The notes below the pieces were generated by a model. The model made no database searches and had not been told where the DNA came from. It worked only from the letters and a program-made list of their open reading frames with translations. A program made the translations under genes and the position numbers. A stretch of 39,912 bases of DNA from Mitosporidium daphniae (taxonomy: Eukaryota), in contig NW_013546434.1 of NCBI RefSeq assembly GCF_000760515.2, positions 1 through 39,912 on the forward strand, read 5' to 3'. The first letter of the stretch is position 1, and every line of letters begins with the position of its first letter. Shown one piece after another: positions 23,372-33,365 of the stretch.

Positions 23372-23523
23372 AAATGAACAAAGAGTACGGCCTGGATTTG
23401 ACAGAGATCAATCCAAGATGGGAATTTTTGATGAGCGGCATTGATCGATCAGTCTTGGAAATTTTCGGTCAACCATACAATGTGACCCTCTTTCTAATTG
23501 TTTAAAATCGGGGTTGTTAAAAT

Positions 23524-23639
23524 TTCAACATCCAAAGTTCAACGTTCAACATTCAAAGTTCAACATTCAACATTCAAAGTTCAACATTCAACATTCAAAG
23601 TTCAACATTCAAAGTTCAACATTCAAAGTTCAAAGTTCA
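23524..23639. repeat. Mosaic 7-bp tandem repeat (TTCAACA / TTCAAAG), 16 units
   Basis: Heptamers read directly from 23524 to 23635, plus a partial TTCA. Confidence 0.95.
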
Positions 23640-23706
23640 TCTATTGGCATTTAAATTATTCAAGTTTGCAATAAAATTTCAAAGAATTTTTGCATTTTAC
23701 AACAGA

Positions 23707-24522
23707 ATGAAGATAGGCTCGTCATCATATTTCGTTTTGGCAACTCTTATCATCTTTGCTCTTCTTTTCAATCCCACAACTGCCGGTAGCGATTCATTGG
23801 ATGAAGACTTTCTCATTGATTCCTTTTTCCCTACATTTTCCAGGGAGGATCTCCATCATTATGCAAATGCATCGACTATAGAGATGCTTGATAGACATGG
23901 ACTCAACATCTTGGTCGAAAATTTTGCCTCCATCTTTCACCTATTTGACAAGACGGCATCTTTGTCCCATCATCTTTCTGACGAAGATAACTTTAACATT
24001 TTAAACGATATTCTCGATAGCGTGAAGAGATCATTTATCATGACCGTCAACGAGATTCTAAATTCACGAAATGCTCCCGTAGGCGTGATAACGCCATCTT
24101 CAATGTCCAATTTTCTTACTAGACAAGAGGTTCACTTTAAGGAGCTCTTACAAAAGAAGACTCCACAAAATATTGATCCCCAACTGTGGGAAGCATTTTT
24201 TACTCGACTTCCGTTGGCCTTTGATTCGGTAAAGCAACTTTATAGAATGGCATTTGAAAACCTTCCGACCCCGCTGCAATTTTCATGGACACAACTTCAG
24301 TTTATTTCTCCATTTCTGGAGTTTATCCCATCCACCAATTTGCTAAGCCATTCTCAATTCGAGTGGTTTTTACTGATGCCTGCAAATACAAAGAAGCTTC
24401 TACACGACTTTATAGCATTGGTCTTTTCAATGGAGCGTTCACACTTGACAAAGGCGGTTTTTGACCTTATAAAAATGTATGATTGGCAAAAACTCATGAA
24501 GCCCGACCATGCCGAACTTTAA
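23707..24522 (+). CDS. Orphan ER-luminal/secreted protein with C-terminal HAEL (HDEL-like) motif
   Basis: ATG 23707 gives signal peptide MKIGSSSYFVLATLIIFALLFNPTTA. The protein ends DHAEL and the TAA overlaps AATAAA. Confidence 0.7.
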   Translation: MKIGSSSYFVLATLIIFALLFNPTTAGSDSLDEDFLIDSFFPTFSREDLHHYANASTIEMLDRHGLNILVENFASIFHLFDKTASLSHHLSDEDNFNILNDILDSVKRSFIMTVNEILNSRNAPVGVITPSSMSNFLTRQEVHFKELLQKKTPQNIDPQLWEAFFTRLPLAFDSVKQLYRMAFENLPTPLQFSWTQLQFISPFLEFIPSTNLLSHSQFEWFLLMPANTKKLLHDFIALVFSMERSHLTKAVFDLIKMYDWQKLMKPDHAEL

Positions 24523-24917
24523 TAAAATTTTCTTATATCACTCACTGGCCATTTATTTATCAACCAATTGATCAAGGATCAAAATCTTGACACATCCCCG
24601 TGTGAAGATCATAATGTTTGATTTGTAAATTCTGCAGCAATGTAATCGTTATAATGCGAGAGGCCCATTGACCTATCAAATCGGTTCTGGGTGGCTTCAA
24701 TGCAATCTGCGCCGCGCCGCCGCACCCCCACTCAACACTGGTCCAATCTGACCTCAAGGTGCATTATGATTTGAAACGTTCAACTTGAATGCCTATTTAA
24801 ATTTAAAATGTTTTAAAATCTGCCCAATAGCGATTGCAATTTGCAAAACAATTCTTCATCACCAACCTCCCGCAGAATTTATACTTTGCTTGCGCTTTGC
24901 CATATTACATTGAATCA

Positions 24918-25745
24918 ATGAAAAAGTTGATATTTACCCTTTTTGCGCTTTTCGCCTTGGTATGTTCGCTAAAGTCCGAGGTGGATTTTAAAATCGCCTT
25001 CGATGAGACTAGTGATTCTCCTGCTGCCCATCAAGAGCCAATCCTATCAACCAAATATGCACCGTTGGAAGCCATCAATATCAGTGACGAAAACTTTGAG
25101 AAAACCTTTCTCGGCGCTAGAGATGAATATTTAGTTGTTGTGTAAGAAAATCCCCATGTTTATCAATTGTAGCTCTACGGAACGGTGCTCTGCATGCCAA
25201 AGATTTTCACCCGAGCTCAAGGCATTTATAAAAGCAGGAACTTCATCAGTAAAAGTGGCAAAGATAGATATTTCTGAAGCTCCAGCAACTACCGCTCGTC
25301 TTTTAGTATTCAGAATCCCTACAATATTCCAGTACCATTATTTTTCACTTATCATCCTTATAGTTATGTCAATGGATCCTTCTATGTTCTTGATTCTCAT
25401 TTTAATGAGATGAATCTTACGCGCCACTTTAAAAACAATGAATGGAAAACGATGGAACCACGTCCAGAGTATCTAGCTCCATTCTCGCCTGCTGGAAAGG
25501 CTATTTCCATGCTTGCAACTAGCGCCAATAAGGCCATTTCGCTAATCGAAGATATGAAGAAAGAATATTCATCGACCACCGTTTATGGCATATTGCTCGC
25601 AATTCCCATTATTCTTCTGTTCATGATTCTTCTTCTCACTAAAAAGACCAAAAATGCCCCAACATCATCCACTTCGGTTCCCAGTCGAAATAAATTTGCC
25701 AACAGCACCTCCTCGCCAGAACCTACACTCAAAAAGAATCAATGA
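24918..25745 (+). CDS. Thioredoxin-related transmembrane protein (TMX-like), three exons
   Basis: Signal peptide, ISDENFE, CSAC active-site motif, VKVAKIDI...IPTIFH and a C-terminal TM helix. Introns 25142-25172 and 25332-25363 keep frame. Confidence 0.8.
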
Positions 25746-25862
25746 TGAAGCGGAAAAATAAAATTTTATAAATTCAATTTAAACTTTGTCAAATTTAAGA
25801 ATCTGAGTAGACTCTGTTCATCGAACCAGAATTTTTTCATCCATCCTATTTCATTGCCGAAC

Positions 25863-26507
25863 ATGAGTGATCACCACAACATGCCTCACTTCAAGCTCGT
25901 TCTTATTGGAGACGGATCCACAGGAAAGACTACCTTTGTTAAACGCCATATTTCTGGTGAATTTGATAAAGTGTACGTGGCCACTGTGGGCGTCGAAGTC
26001 CATCCACTGGTGTTCCATACCAATTGCGGCCCGATTTGTTTTGACACATGGGACACTGCCGGACAGGAAAAGTTTGGGGGTCTCCGCGACGGATACTATA
26101 TCCAAGGTCAATGTGGCATCATTATGTTTGACGTTACCTCGCGAATCACTTACAAGAATGTTCCGAACTGGCATCGCGATTTGATACGTGTCTGCGAAAA
26201 CATCCCGATTGTTTTGTGTGGAAATAAGGTCGACATCAAGGACAGAAAAGTGAAGCCCAAGTCCATCACTTTTCATAGAAAGAAAAACCTTCAGTATTAT
26301 GACATTAGTGCCAAGTCTAACTATAACTTTGAAAAGCCCTTTGTGTGGCTGGCCCGCAAGCTTACTGGAAATCCGCAGCTTGAGCTAGTGCAGGCACCTG
26401 CTCTCCTTCCTGCAGAACAAACTGTAGATCTAGATTTGATGAAACAATATCAACAAGATTTGGAAATCGCCAAGACCATGCCTATTCCAGATGATGATGA
26501 GTTCTAA
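25863..26507 (+). CDS. GSP1: Ran GTPase
   Basis: [64 protein letters not shown] and an acidic tail PDDDEF. Confidence 0.97.
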   Translation: MSDHHNMPHFKLVLIGDGSTGKTTFVKRHISGEFDKVYVATVGVEVHPLVFHTNCGPICFDTWDTAGQEKFGGLRDGYYIQGQCGIIMFDVTSRITYKNVPNWHRDLIRVCENIPIVLCGNKVDIKDRKVKPKSITFHRKKNLQYYDISAKSNYNFEKPFVWLARKLTGNPQLELVQAPALLPAEQTVDLDLMKQYQQDLEIAKTMPIPDDDEF

Positions 26508-26674
26508 TAAATCATAATATATAACGCGTTAACTTGACCCGATCAAATGCAACTTTTCCTTGATGTCTGTTTAAGGTTTTGATTTTATACGCCGGTGGTG
26601 GTTAATTCTCAGATGCAGCGCAACCGCTGTTAACCCCCGATGGGAGCCAAGAAATTAAAGATAAATTGTTAATT

Positions 26675-29600
26675 TTATTGCGAGCGTATGCGTTCGTGAA
26701 GGGGACGGGAATCTAGTTCAAGATCTGTGAATGAAATTTTTGTTTTTGAAGAAACTGAGATGCGAATGTTGGGAGTTGGGCCGTTTAAAGAGGACGATTC
26801 AGAATATTGGCTGCTTTCAGCGTCAGAATGGTCATTGGGACTCAATACAAGGGGAGCTGTTTGAGGATACTCTGGCTGTACATTAGGGTCTGAAAATCTG
26901 CTAGTGGTGTTGTGGCTCCGTTCGCTGTTAACAGAATGACTTTGATCCGCAGTACTTGAGCCGCTAAAATAGGTCAAAATCGAGATGGGGCGGTTCCATT
27001 TAAGCCTGCGTTTCGATTTTGTTTTGCGTTTCAAAATGTGACATTCTAACAATTTATCAACCATAGAGAGAGGCATAAAGCTCAACAGCCGTTTGAAGAA
27101 AACTTTTTTGTGCCATTTTGCAGACGAATAAGATGACAACGCAGTATCCTCGATATACTTAAAGTAGGGAAGCAACGAATTGTCGATCTCTACGACCTGC
27201 GAAGATGGCGAGTGGGGAAATTTGGGCAAAATTCTAGGCTCCAGTGCGCGGGATGCAATCAAGTGCAAACGGGTAAGAAACTCTTCATCTGATAACCCTT
27301 CGAAGATGAGAACAAGCGGACATTCCGGTGTGATGTGGAGAGGAGATAGCAATACCAAAAACAAGCTATCGATTGGATCGTCATCAGAAATAGAACCCAG
27401 CCAATGCCGCGGGTCGTGAGCAGACACTTTCTGACAATTATTCGGATTGACCAGATATCTATGCCTTTTTAATAGGCAAGATCTAATGTCAGATTGAGAG
27501 AATATGAAGCCGCCAATATCATATGCGCACCGGATAGACGAAGATGCCAATATGAACTGTTGATGTAAAAGAAGAGTAAAAAAGATATTCACCCAAAAGG
27601 AGATCTTTTCTTTAGAATTCCACATGAATTGGGAAATCATTCCACTTGGGTTGTAGAATGAAATAAGATCAATATGCCTCAAAAGAGAAAGGCTCTTGAA
27701 AAACTTTTCTTTTGCCTTTTGCCTCTCAGAAGCATCTTTGTCAATTATATTGTCCGCAGAATCAGGAGCTGATGTGGTTGAATCCGAAAAATTCTTATCA
27801 GCGTATATATGCATAGAATCGCTATTAGCGCTGGTGCCATTATCAGCATCCGCATCGTCACTGTGATCGCTGTCGGGAATGTTTAGCTCGGTGAAAATTT
27901 TCGGCAATTGAGATTGGCCGCCCAGCATCAGAATTAGAGAATTCAAAAGCTCTGCAGAAAGAAGAACAGGATTTAAGCTCCTTTTATTGGGGGGTGTGAA
28001 ATAGGGGTTTTTAGGCCTATTAATGACAACAGCCATTCGAAAAGGTTTTCCAAGTATATAGGGAGGAAAGGAACATACGCCAGATTCATCATCTTTCTTT
28101 TCATCTTCACTTGGATATGGCCTAAAAAGATCACAAATGGGTGATTTTGAAAGGCGTTTTTCGCTATTACTGAAACCATCCCGATGGAATTTCCCACCCA
28201 AGCTGGTGAATCCTGACATCCATGCATCTGCACAGGATGATTTTTTAAAGCCAATGACCAACTGACAGGTAGTACCATTTGAATTAATACCAGAATTAAG
28301 TGTTGATGAGGAGATATCCAACTTGCAAGAATAAAGAACCTGAAAAATTCCACCAGGAAATATTTGATCGAGCTCCGAATGTATGATTTTGTAAGCTGAA
28401 ATTGTTGTTCCACCAAGGGGTATTGCCAATTCAATTGAAAATCTACCTGCCTCTTGAGCAGCAGAAAGGAATAGAAATGGAATTGATTCTGCAAAGCTAA
28501 AAAACCATTCTCTCCAAAGCCGGGTTGTAGTGGCTAAGGAAATGACCCCTGCAATGGGAAGAGATCGGGGGAATGAAGAACCGCGTTCGTGGGATGCCTT
28601 CAAACGCATTGATCCGAGATCAAAGGAGGGGGGTCTGGTGGTGATAATCTCATCATCGATGCATAGAAACGAAAACAGCTTTCTGGTCAACTTTCTTTGC
28701 AGTTGTGGCTCGTGCAAAACGCTAATTAGGTCATGTGCAAACTTTGACAATAGACCGTCTGCGAATACACGAGCATATTCCAACTGAAATTGCTTCGTTT
28801 GCGACGTCATAAAGTCCTTGTGCAAAAAAATATCAAAAGTTTCGAGGGTAGAATATTTCCAGTTGGAAATGTTGAACTCGGTCAGAAAATCGGTACCATC
28901 ATCTGGAGATCGCTTTAAAATGTACTTGACCTTGGACCAAAAATGAATGAAAGAGCGTATACTTTTTGTCACCCACAAGGTTGAATCTCCGTCTTCAATT
29001 TTGATAACAAGTAAATTCAATAGCTTTGGTGGGAAATGATTGACCGGGGGAGGCGGAGGAACACGGCTTTTATAAACGGCAACACTACGAGAGAAGGGCA
29101 CCTTGATAGAGAATGTGTTGGTCTTTTTTGTATCAGATTGTTCATTTGATAGCTGAGTAAGTCGCACGAGACCAGCAGAAAGCTCGCCATCTGAAGATTG
29201 CCCGTGTAGATGTTTGCACAGTAAATTAAAAATGTCTTTCCGAAACCCATCGGCCTCCAAAAGCTTTGGCGATATGGCCGAACTATCGGCCAAAGCGGCC
29301 GCAATCATCATTCCAGAAGCTCCAGGAACCGCCTGTTTGAACTTGCTTGAATAAATAGCCAAAATGGGCTCAATGACATCGATAAAAAAAGTGAAAATAA
29401 AAACCAACAAAACAGAAATGATCGAAAAGGAATAAAGACTTAAATATTCGAAAAGGAAATGATCAGTCACTGCAATAAGTATCAGAAGAATGACGGCTGG
29501 AGTTGACCTTAACAGCATGTTTACTTGAAACTTTTTCTTGTAGCGAGAAAGATTTAAAGAGATGCCCTTGCGCTCAGCAAGCATTTCCAATATGAATTTT

Positions 29601-30163
29601 GTATCAATGTACTTGCCTTTGGACATGTTTCTTTGGTAATTTTTCATGGCAATTTTTTCTATCTGCCCAGAAAAGGGCACGAGCCCCGGCAGCTTCAGTG
29701 TAGCTCGTTGATAGAAACGACAATACTTTCCGTTTTGGTAGTCCACGACTTGTTTCTCCATATTCCACGGCTCCATAATGACATTTTCATGGATCTCCAA
29801 GCGTCCAATAAGAAATTCGTTTGTCGTATTTAGACGAAAGCTCCGCTTTTTTCTATCAAGCAGCATTTCCTGGATAAAATTAAATGTGGAGAGGGAAAAG
29901 GCCTTTTTGATGGCCTGAGGAACGTCGATATTGAGCAAACAACGCCTGATGGTGCGCTCTTTGTATTCATCCTTCTCCTCAGACAGAATAAACGAATCTG
30001 CCATAACCGTGATGCGAGGATGCTTGGGAAACCTGCGCATGTAGGCCTCGATACAATCTTCCCAAGAATACTCCAGAATATAGGTATTTCGGGCGCGTGC
30101 CTTGGAGTCTGGAAGATCGATCGGTGTTACAAGCGGTTCAGAATCTTTTGGGTTAAACACCAT
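26675..30163 (-). CDS. Multidomain protein: N-terminal PRELI/MSF1 domain, hydrophobic segment, C-terminal DUF547-like domain
   Basis: YSWEDCIEAYMRRFP...ERTIRRCLLNIDVP...ENV...RFYQRA is PRELI-like. EKISFWVNIF...YDIGGFIFSQSDI...DPRHW...ECP is DUF547-like. First ATG in the ORF is 30163; a short upstream exon from ATG 30251 is possible. Confidence 0.65.
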   Translation of the reverse strand: MVFNPKDSEPLVTPIDLPDSKARARNTYILEYSWEDCIEAYMRRFPKHPRITVMADSFILSEEKDEYKERTIRRCLLNIDVPQAIKKAFSLSTFNFIQEMLLDRKKRSFRLNTTNEFLIGRLEIHENVIMEPWNMEKQVVDYQNGKYCRFYQRATLKLPGLVPFSGQIEKIAMKNYQRNMSKGKYIDTKFILEMLAERKGISLNLSRYKKKFQVNMLLRSTPAVILLILIAVTDHFLFEYLSLYSFSIISVLLVFIFTFFIDVIEPILAIYSSKFKQAVPGASGMMIAAALADSSAISPKLLEADGFRKDIFNLLCKHLHGQSSDGELSAGLVRLTQLSNEQSDTKKTNTFSIKVPFSRSVAVYKSRVPPPPPVNHFPPKLLNLLVIKIEDGDSTLWVTKSIRSFIHFWSKVKYILKRSPDDGTDFLTEFNISNWKYSTLETFDIFLHKDFMTSQTKQFQLEYARVFADGLLSKFAHDLISVLHEPQLQRKLTRKLFSFLCIDDEIITTRPPSFDLGSMRLKASHERGSSFPRSLPIAGVISLATTTRLWREWFFSFAESIPFLFLSAAQEAGRFSIELAIPLGGTTISAYKIIHSELDQIFPGGIFQVLYSCKLDISSSTLNSGINSNGTTCQLVIGFKKSSCADAWMSGFTSLGGKFHRDGFSNSEKRLSKSPICDLFRPYPSEDEKKDDESGVCSFPPYILGKPFRMAVVINRPKNPYFTPPNKRSLNPVLLSAELLNSLILMLGGQSQLPKIFTELNIPDSDHSDDADADNGTSANSDSMHIYADKNFSDSTTSAPDSADNIIDKDASERQKAKEKFFKSLSLLRHIDLISFYNPSGMISQFMWNSKEKISFWVNIFFTLLLHQQFILASSSIRCAYDIGGFIFSQSDIRSCLLKRHRYLVNPNNCQKVSAHDPRHWLGSISDDDPIDSLFLVLLSPLHITPECPLVLIFEGLSDEEFLTRLHLIASRALEPRILPKFPHSPSSQVVEIDNSLLPYFKYIEDTALSSYSSAKWHKKVFFKRLLSFMPLSMVDKLLECHILKRKTKSKRRLKWNRPISILTYFSGSSTADQSHSVNSERSHNTTSRFSDPNVQPEYPQTAPLVLSPNDHSDAESSQYSESSSLNGPTPNIRISVSSKTKISFTDLELDSRPLHERIRSQ

Positions 30164-30309
30164 TCTTATTCTGGGTACGATGGAAGTCGGAGGCAATTAG
30201 TAAGTTTCCATGAAGCATCAACTGTCATCTGATTGGATACTCTGAAACCATTTTGAAATTAGCTTTAAATTGAAGATTATAAAGTTTAATTTCAATTAAC
30301 GAATATTGT

Positions 30310-31563
30310 CTACAAGAATGCCCAGGAGCCGCAATCAATGCAGTCTTCCTGGGTCACAAATTCAGGCAAGGGAAGCATGTCAATGCTTGCAATGATAGAA
30401 GAAAGCTTATGAGCTTGAATGTCGGAAAAAGAGTCACCGCTAACGGATGCAAGTTTGAAAACCTTCCCCAAATGACATTTGGTCTCCAAAGCATAGCCGG
30501 CAAGGTAACATGGAGAAAAAATGCCCATGCAGTCTCCATTTGGAATAGGATCTGCAGAATTATAAAAATGAAACACTGGAAGGTCCTCCATTTTTGAAAG
30601 ACCCTCTTCATTGAGAAGCCCAAGACGCGAAGCAAAAAGACGCTCACCAGGAGACGCAAATGCAATGGCCGGTGTTCCTGGGAAGGCAGCCCCGAGAAGA
30701 GCGGCCAGAGCGCCACCAGTAGAATATCCAGTTACCCAAATAACAGCCTCAGGGAATTCCTTCAACAGCTGCTTGTAAATCCGAACTGCTTGATGATAGT
30801 AAACAGGCGGGATATGTTTGTGGGCTGAAGAATCTTGTTGTAGATCGCGAGCCTGGGAAGCATATAGGTCCTGGTTTCTTTTGGAAAATGGATTCGATCT
30901 TAGTTCTTGTGCGTAATCAGAGAGACATCTCTTGTTGCAAGACGAGCCTGAAACAAAACACGGACAAACGGGGGTCCAAGTAAAATCAACCCGAGCACAG
31001 CAGCAAGAGAACATGAGATTGTTATTGAACTTATCGGCTTCAATTGAAACATCCGAAGATGTATGATACGGAACATTCGCATCGATGGAGAAGACCACAA
31101 GCTTCCGGGAGGGATTTGTATACACATACCCACGAATGGCTTGCTCGTCCCACTCTTCTTCGGACTCATCAAATGGGTCAAGGGGAATATCGGCATTTGC
31201 CCTTGAAAGAAATGAGTTTGAGGCCATTTTCGCAAGGGACTTGATGGTCTCCTTGTCATCTACAGCCGGCATTTTCGTATGCCGAGCTGCCGCCGATTGA
31301 TTAGCTTTAACAAAAAAGGAAAGATTGAGATCCTCGTGCAATCCTATTTCAAGGGGAAAGTTGATACCCTGAAGTTCGTTGTCCTCTGTTTCCAGAAAGC
31401 TGTAAGCTTTGAAGTAATTGAGTCCCTCATATTGGGTCAGATTGAAGGTGAAGTTGCTATTTAGATACGGGGGAAGTCCATCATCATGCTCGCGCAGAGA
31501 GGGCCCTTTATCGATTAAAGACGCCATATAGTAGTAGATCCATGCCAAGAAAGATATTAACAT
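30310..31563 (-). CDS. ATG15: Atg15-like autophagic (vacuolar) lipase
   Basis: DKETIKSLAKMASN, IRGYVY, DKFNNNLMFSCCCARV, IWVTGYSTGGALAALLG, AFASPGE, ADPI..G.C, GYALETKCHLG and C-terminal CIDC..W. Confidence 0.85.
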   Translation of the reverse strand: MLISFLAWIYYYMASLIDKGPSLREHDDGLPPYLNSNFTFNLTQYEGLNYFKAYSFLETEDNELQGINFPLEIGLHEDLNLSFFVKANQSAAARHTKMPAVDDKETIKSLAKMASNSFLSRANADIPLDPFDESEEEWDEQAIRGYVYTNPSRKLVVFSIDANVPYHTSSDVSIEADKFNNNLMFSCCCARVDFTWTPVCPCFVSGSSCNKRCLSDYAQELRSNPFSKRNQDLYASQARDLQQDSSAHKHIPPVYYHQAVRIYKQLLKEFPEAVIWVTGYSTGGALAALLGAAFPGTPAIAFASPGERLFASRLGLLNEEGLSKMEDLPVFHFYNSADPIPNGDCMGIFSPCYLAGYALETKCHLGKVFKLASVSGDSFSDIQAHKLSSIIASIDMLPLPEFVTQEDCIDCGSWAFL

Positions 31564-31708
31564 TGGAAACTTTGAGTTGATTGTTACGTGTGCTGGCTAT
31601 TTATGCTTGTTGATCATCTGTTTATACTGTTGCAAGATCATGATTATCAGAACTAAAAGCAACAATTAAATTTAATGAACAATTAAAGTGGGCATTTTAT
31701 TAAATTTA

Positions 31709-32481
31709 ATGAACAGGACCGGGTTTATCCGCTACGCTCAGCAGCATCTTCTCAATAGCATGAAATATTATCTTTCCATGCGGGATTATGGCTCTTTGCT
31801 GCTTGTTCTTGAAAAGTCCCTTTATCTTTTTGTCGTTTACCCTGAAGAGCTGAGCAAGGTAGGTTTATGCCCCGTGTCGAGCTTTAGATCATGTTTTCCA
31901 TAATTGACTCCATCCCTTTGTATAACAACCAAGTGAAGATATTTTTGCTGCAACTTTTTGTTACCGACAAGCCCAGAGTAACATATAGCCACATTTTCAT
32001 CAATAGCGAGTGGTCTATTTGGCAGAGTGTCTTAGGTATCTTTCTAGGTTCCAAATGTATCAGGAAGCCTATGACCTTTTGACAAGGTTTTGCATCATAT
32101 CTTTTTACCTGCAGCCATTTGGTGCAAAAGCCATATTTGGAGATGCAGATCTTCCACGGCTTTGCCGGATTTTTTGCTTTGAGGATTTGGGAGAGGCTTT
32201 CAGCCGAAAATACAGACGGACATCCCAAGGCCAACAATAGTGGCATTCTCTCTTCCCTTTTTGTATTTCAGTCGCATGGGCCGGCCAAGTATCGAAAGCG
32301 AGCTGTGGATCATTACAGTGCCTACTTGCGGATCGTTAACAAGAAGGCGAAAGAATCCCCTTTAATGAAATTCTTCCGCTCATCCCCGTTTGTGGAATAT
32401 GAAAATGTTTTTCTGTATGATTGCGATTTGCTAAATTTGATTCACTCGTCTGCAAACGAAAACTGCGCAGGATCCCCCTGA
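31709..32481 (+). CDS. Hypothetical helical protein, four exons (weak resemblance to Pol I core factor TAF1A/Rrn11)
   Basis: Introns 31859-31887, 31978-32006 and 32087-32114 chain four ORF-track fragments in frame. The YQEAYDLL...KPY...FHGFAG family resemblance is tentative. Confidence 0.55.
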
Positions 32482-32530
32482 TCCAATTGGTTGATCATTT
32501 TATCTTTCAGGACACCTGTTTAATTTTACG

Positions 32531-33163
32531 ATGGTTGAAATAAGGCTGGCAATTGTTGGATACTCTGGAGTCGGCAAATCCTCGCTGGTTTGTGACCGCA
32601 ATAACACATAGGCGCAACGATATTTGAATAACTTGTTTTCGGCCGAATATGCGCCGACCATTGAGGATGGCCATTACATCCATTTTGAGCATTTGGGCAA
32701 GATATTCAATATCGAAATCATCGACACTGCCGGTGATGATCGCTTGCAGCGAACACGAGACCTGGCCATGCGAAGAGCACAGGCCTACTTGATTGTCTAT
32801 TCAGTCGACTCGGTCTATTCTTTCCAATATGCCTATCAGCTCTACCACAAGCTGCTGAATATAAAGGGACATACATCAGCAGGCCCGAAGGTATGAGCAG
32901 CAGATTTCGTAATGTAGTTTGATGCCATTCTGCTCGGAAACAAGATAGACCTCGTCAACGATCATTTGATCACGCGCGAAAAAGGCGAGGCCCTGGCATC
33001 TCTTTTGAAAATTCAATTTATGGAAGTATCTGCAAGGACCAATGCAAAAGTAAGGGCTGCCTTTGAGAGCATCATTGCTCTTTCTGCCTCGAAAAGGCTA
33101 TCCGTCGATACTCTGGATGATAAAAAACATCAGGGAAGAGCAAGACGATGTGAGATACTTTGA
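32531..33163 (+). CDS. Ras-family small GTPase with CaaX box, three exons
   Basis: GYSGVGKS, YAPTIED, DTAG, GNKID, EVSA and terminal CEIL. Introns 32588-32611 and 32891-32917. Confidence 0.9.
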
Positions 33164-33365
33164 TTGTAACCTGAAGGCACCACCCCACCCGTTAGGGGTA
33201 TTAGCCTACATGTCCTTTGAAGAGTGCCGACAAATAAAGTTTACATGTCAACTGGTTAACCCAGCATCGTCAATTTAAGTTTCGGCTTTAAACTTGCAAT
33301 AGCAGTGATCAACTGATTCTGCATTGATAGCCATTAAGATTTGGCGTAATTTTTCAATTCTAGCA

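Noticed and set aside
23524..23639. CRISPR array or heat-shock element array
   Set aside because: Contiguous 7-mers with no unique spacers in a eukaryotic context; TTC units are direct with 7-bp period rather than alternating nGAAn pentamers.
24553..24764. Small selenoprotein (MHLEVRLDQC-TGA-VG..., minus strand)
   Set aside because: Needs a 41-nt intron longer than any supported here, resembles no selenoprotein family I know, and leaves no room for a SECIS before the poly(A) signal.
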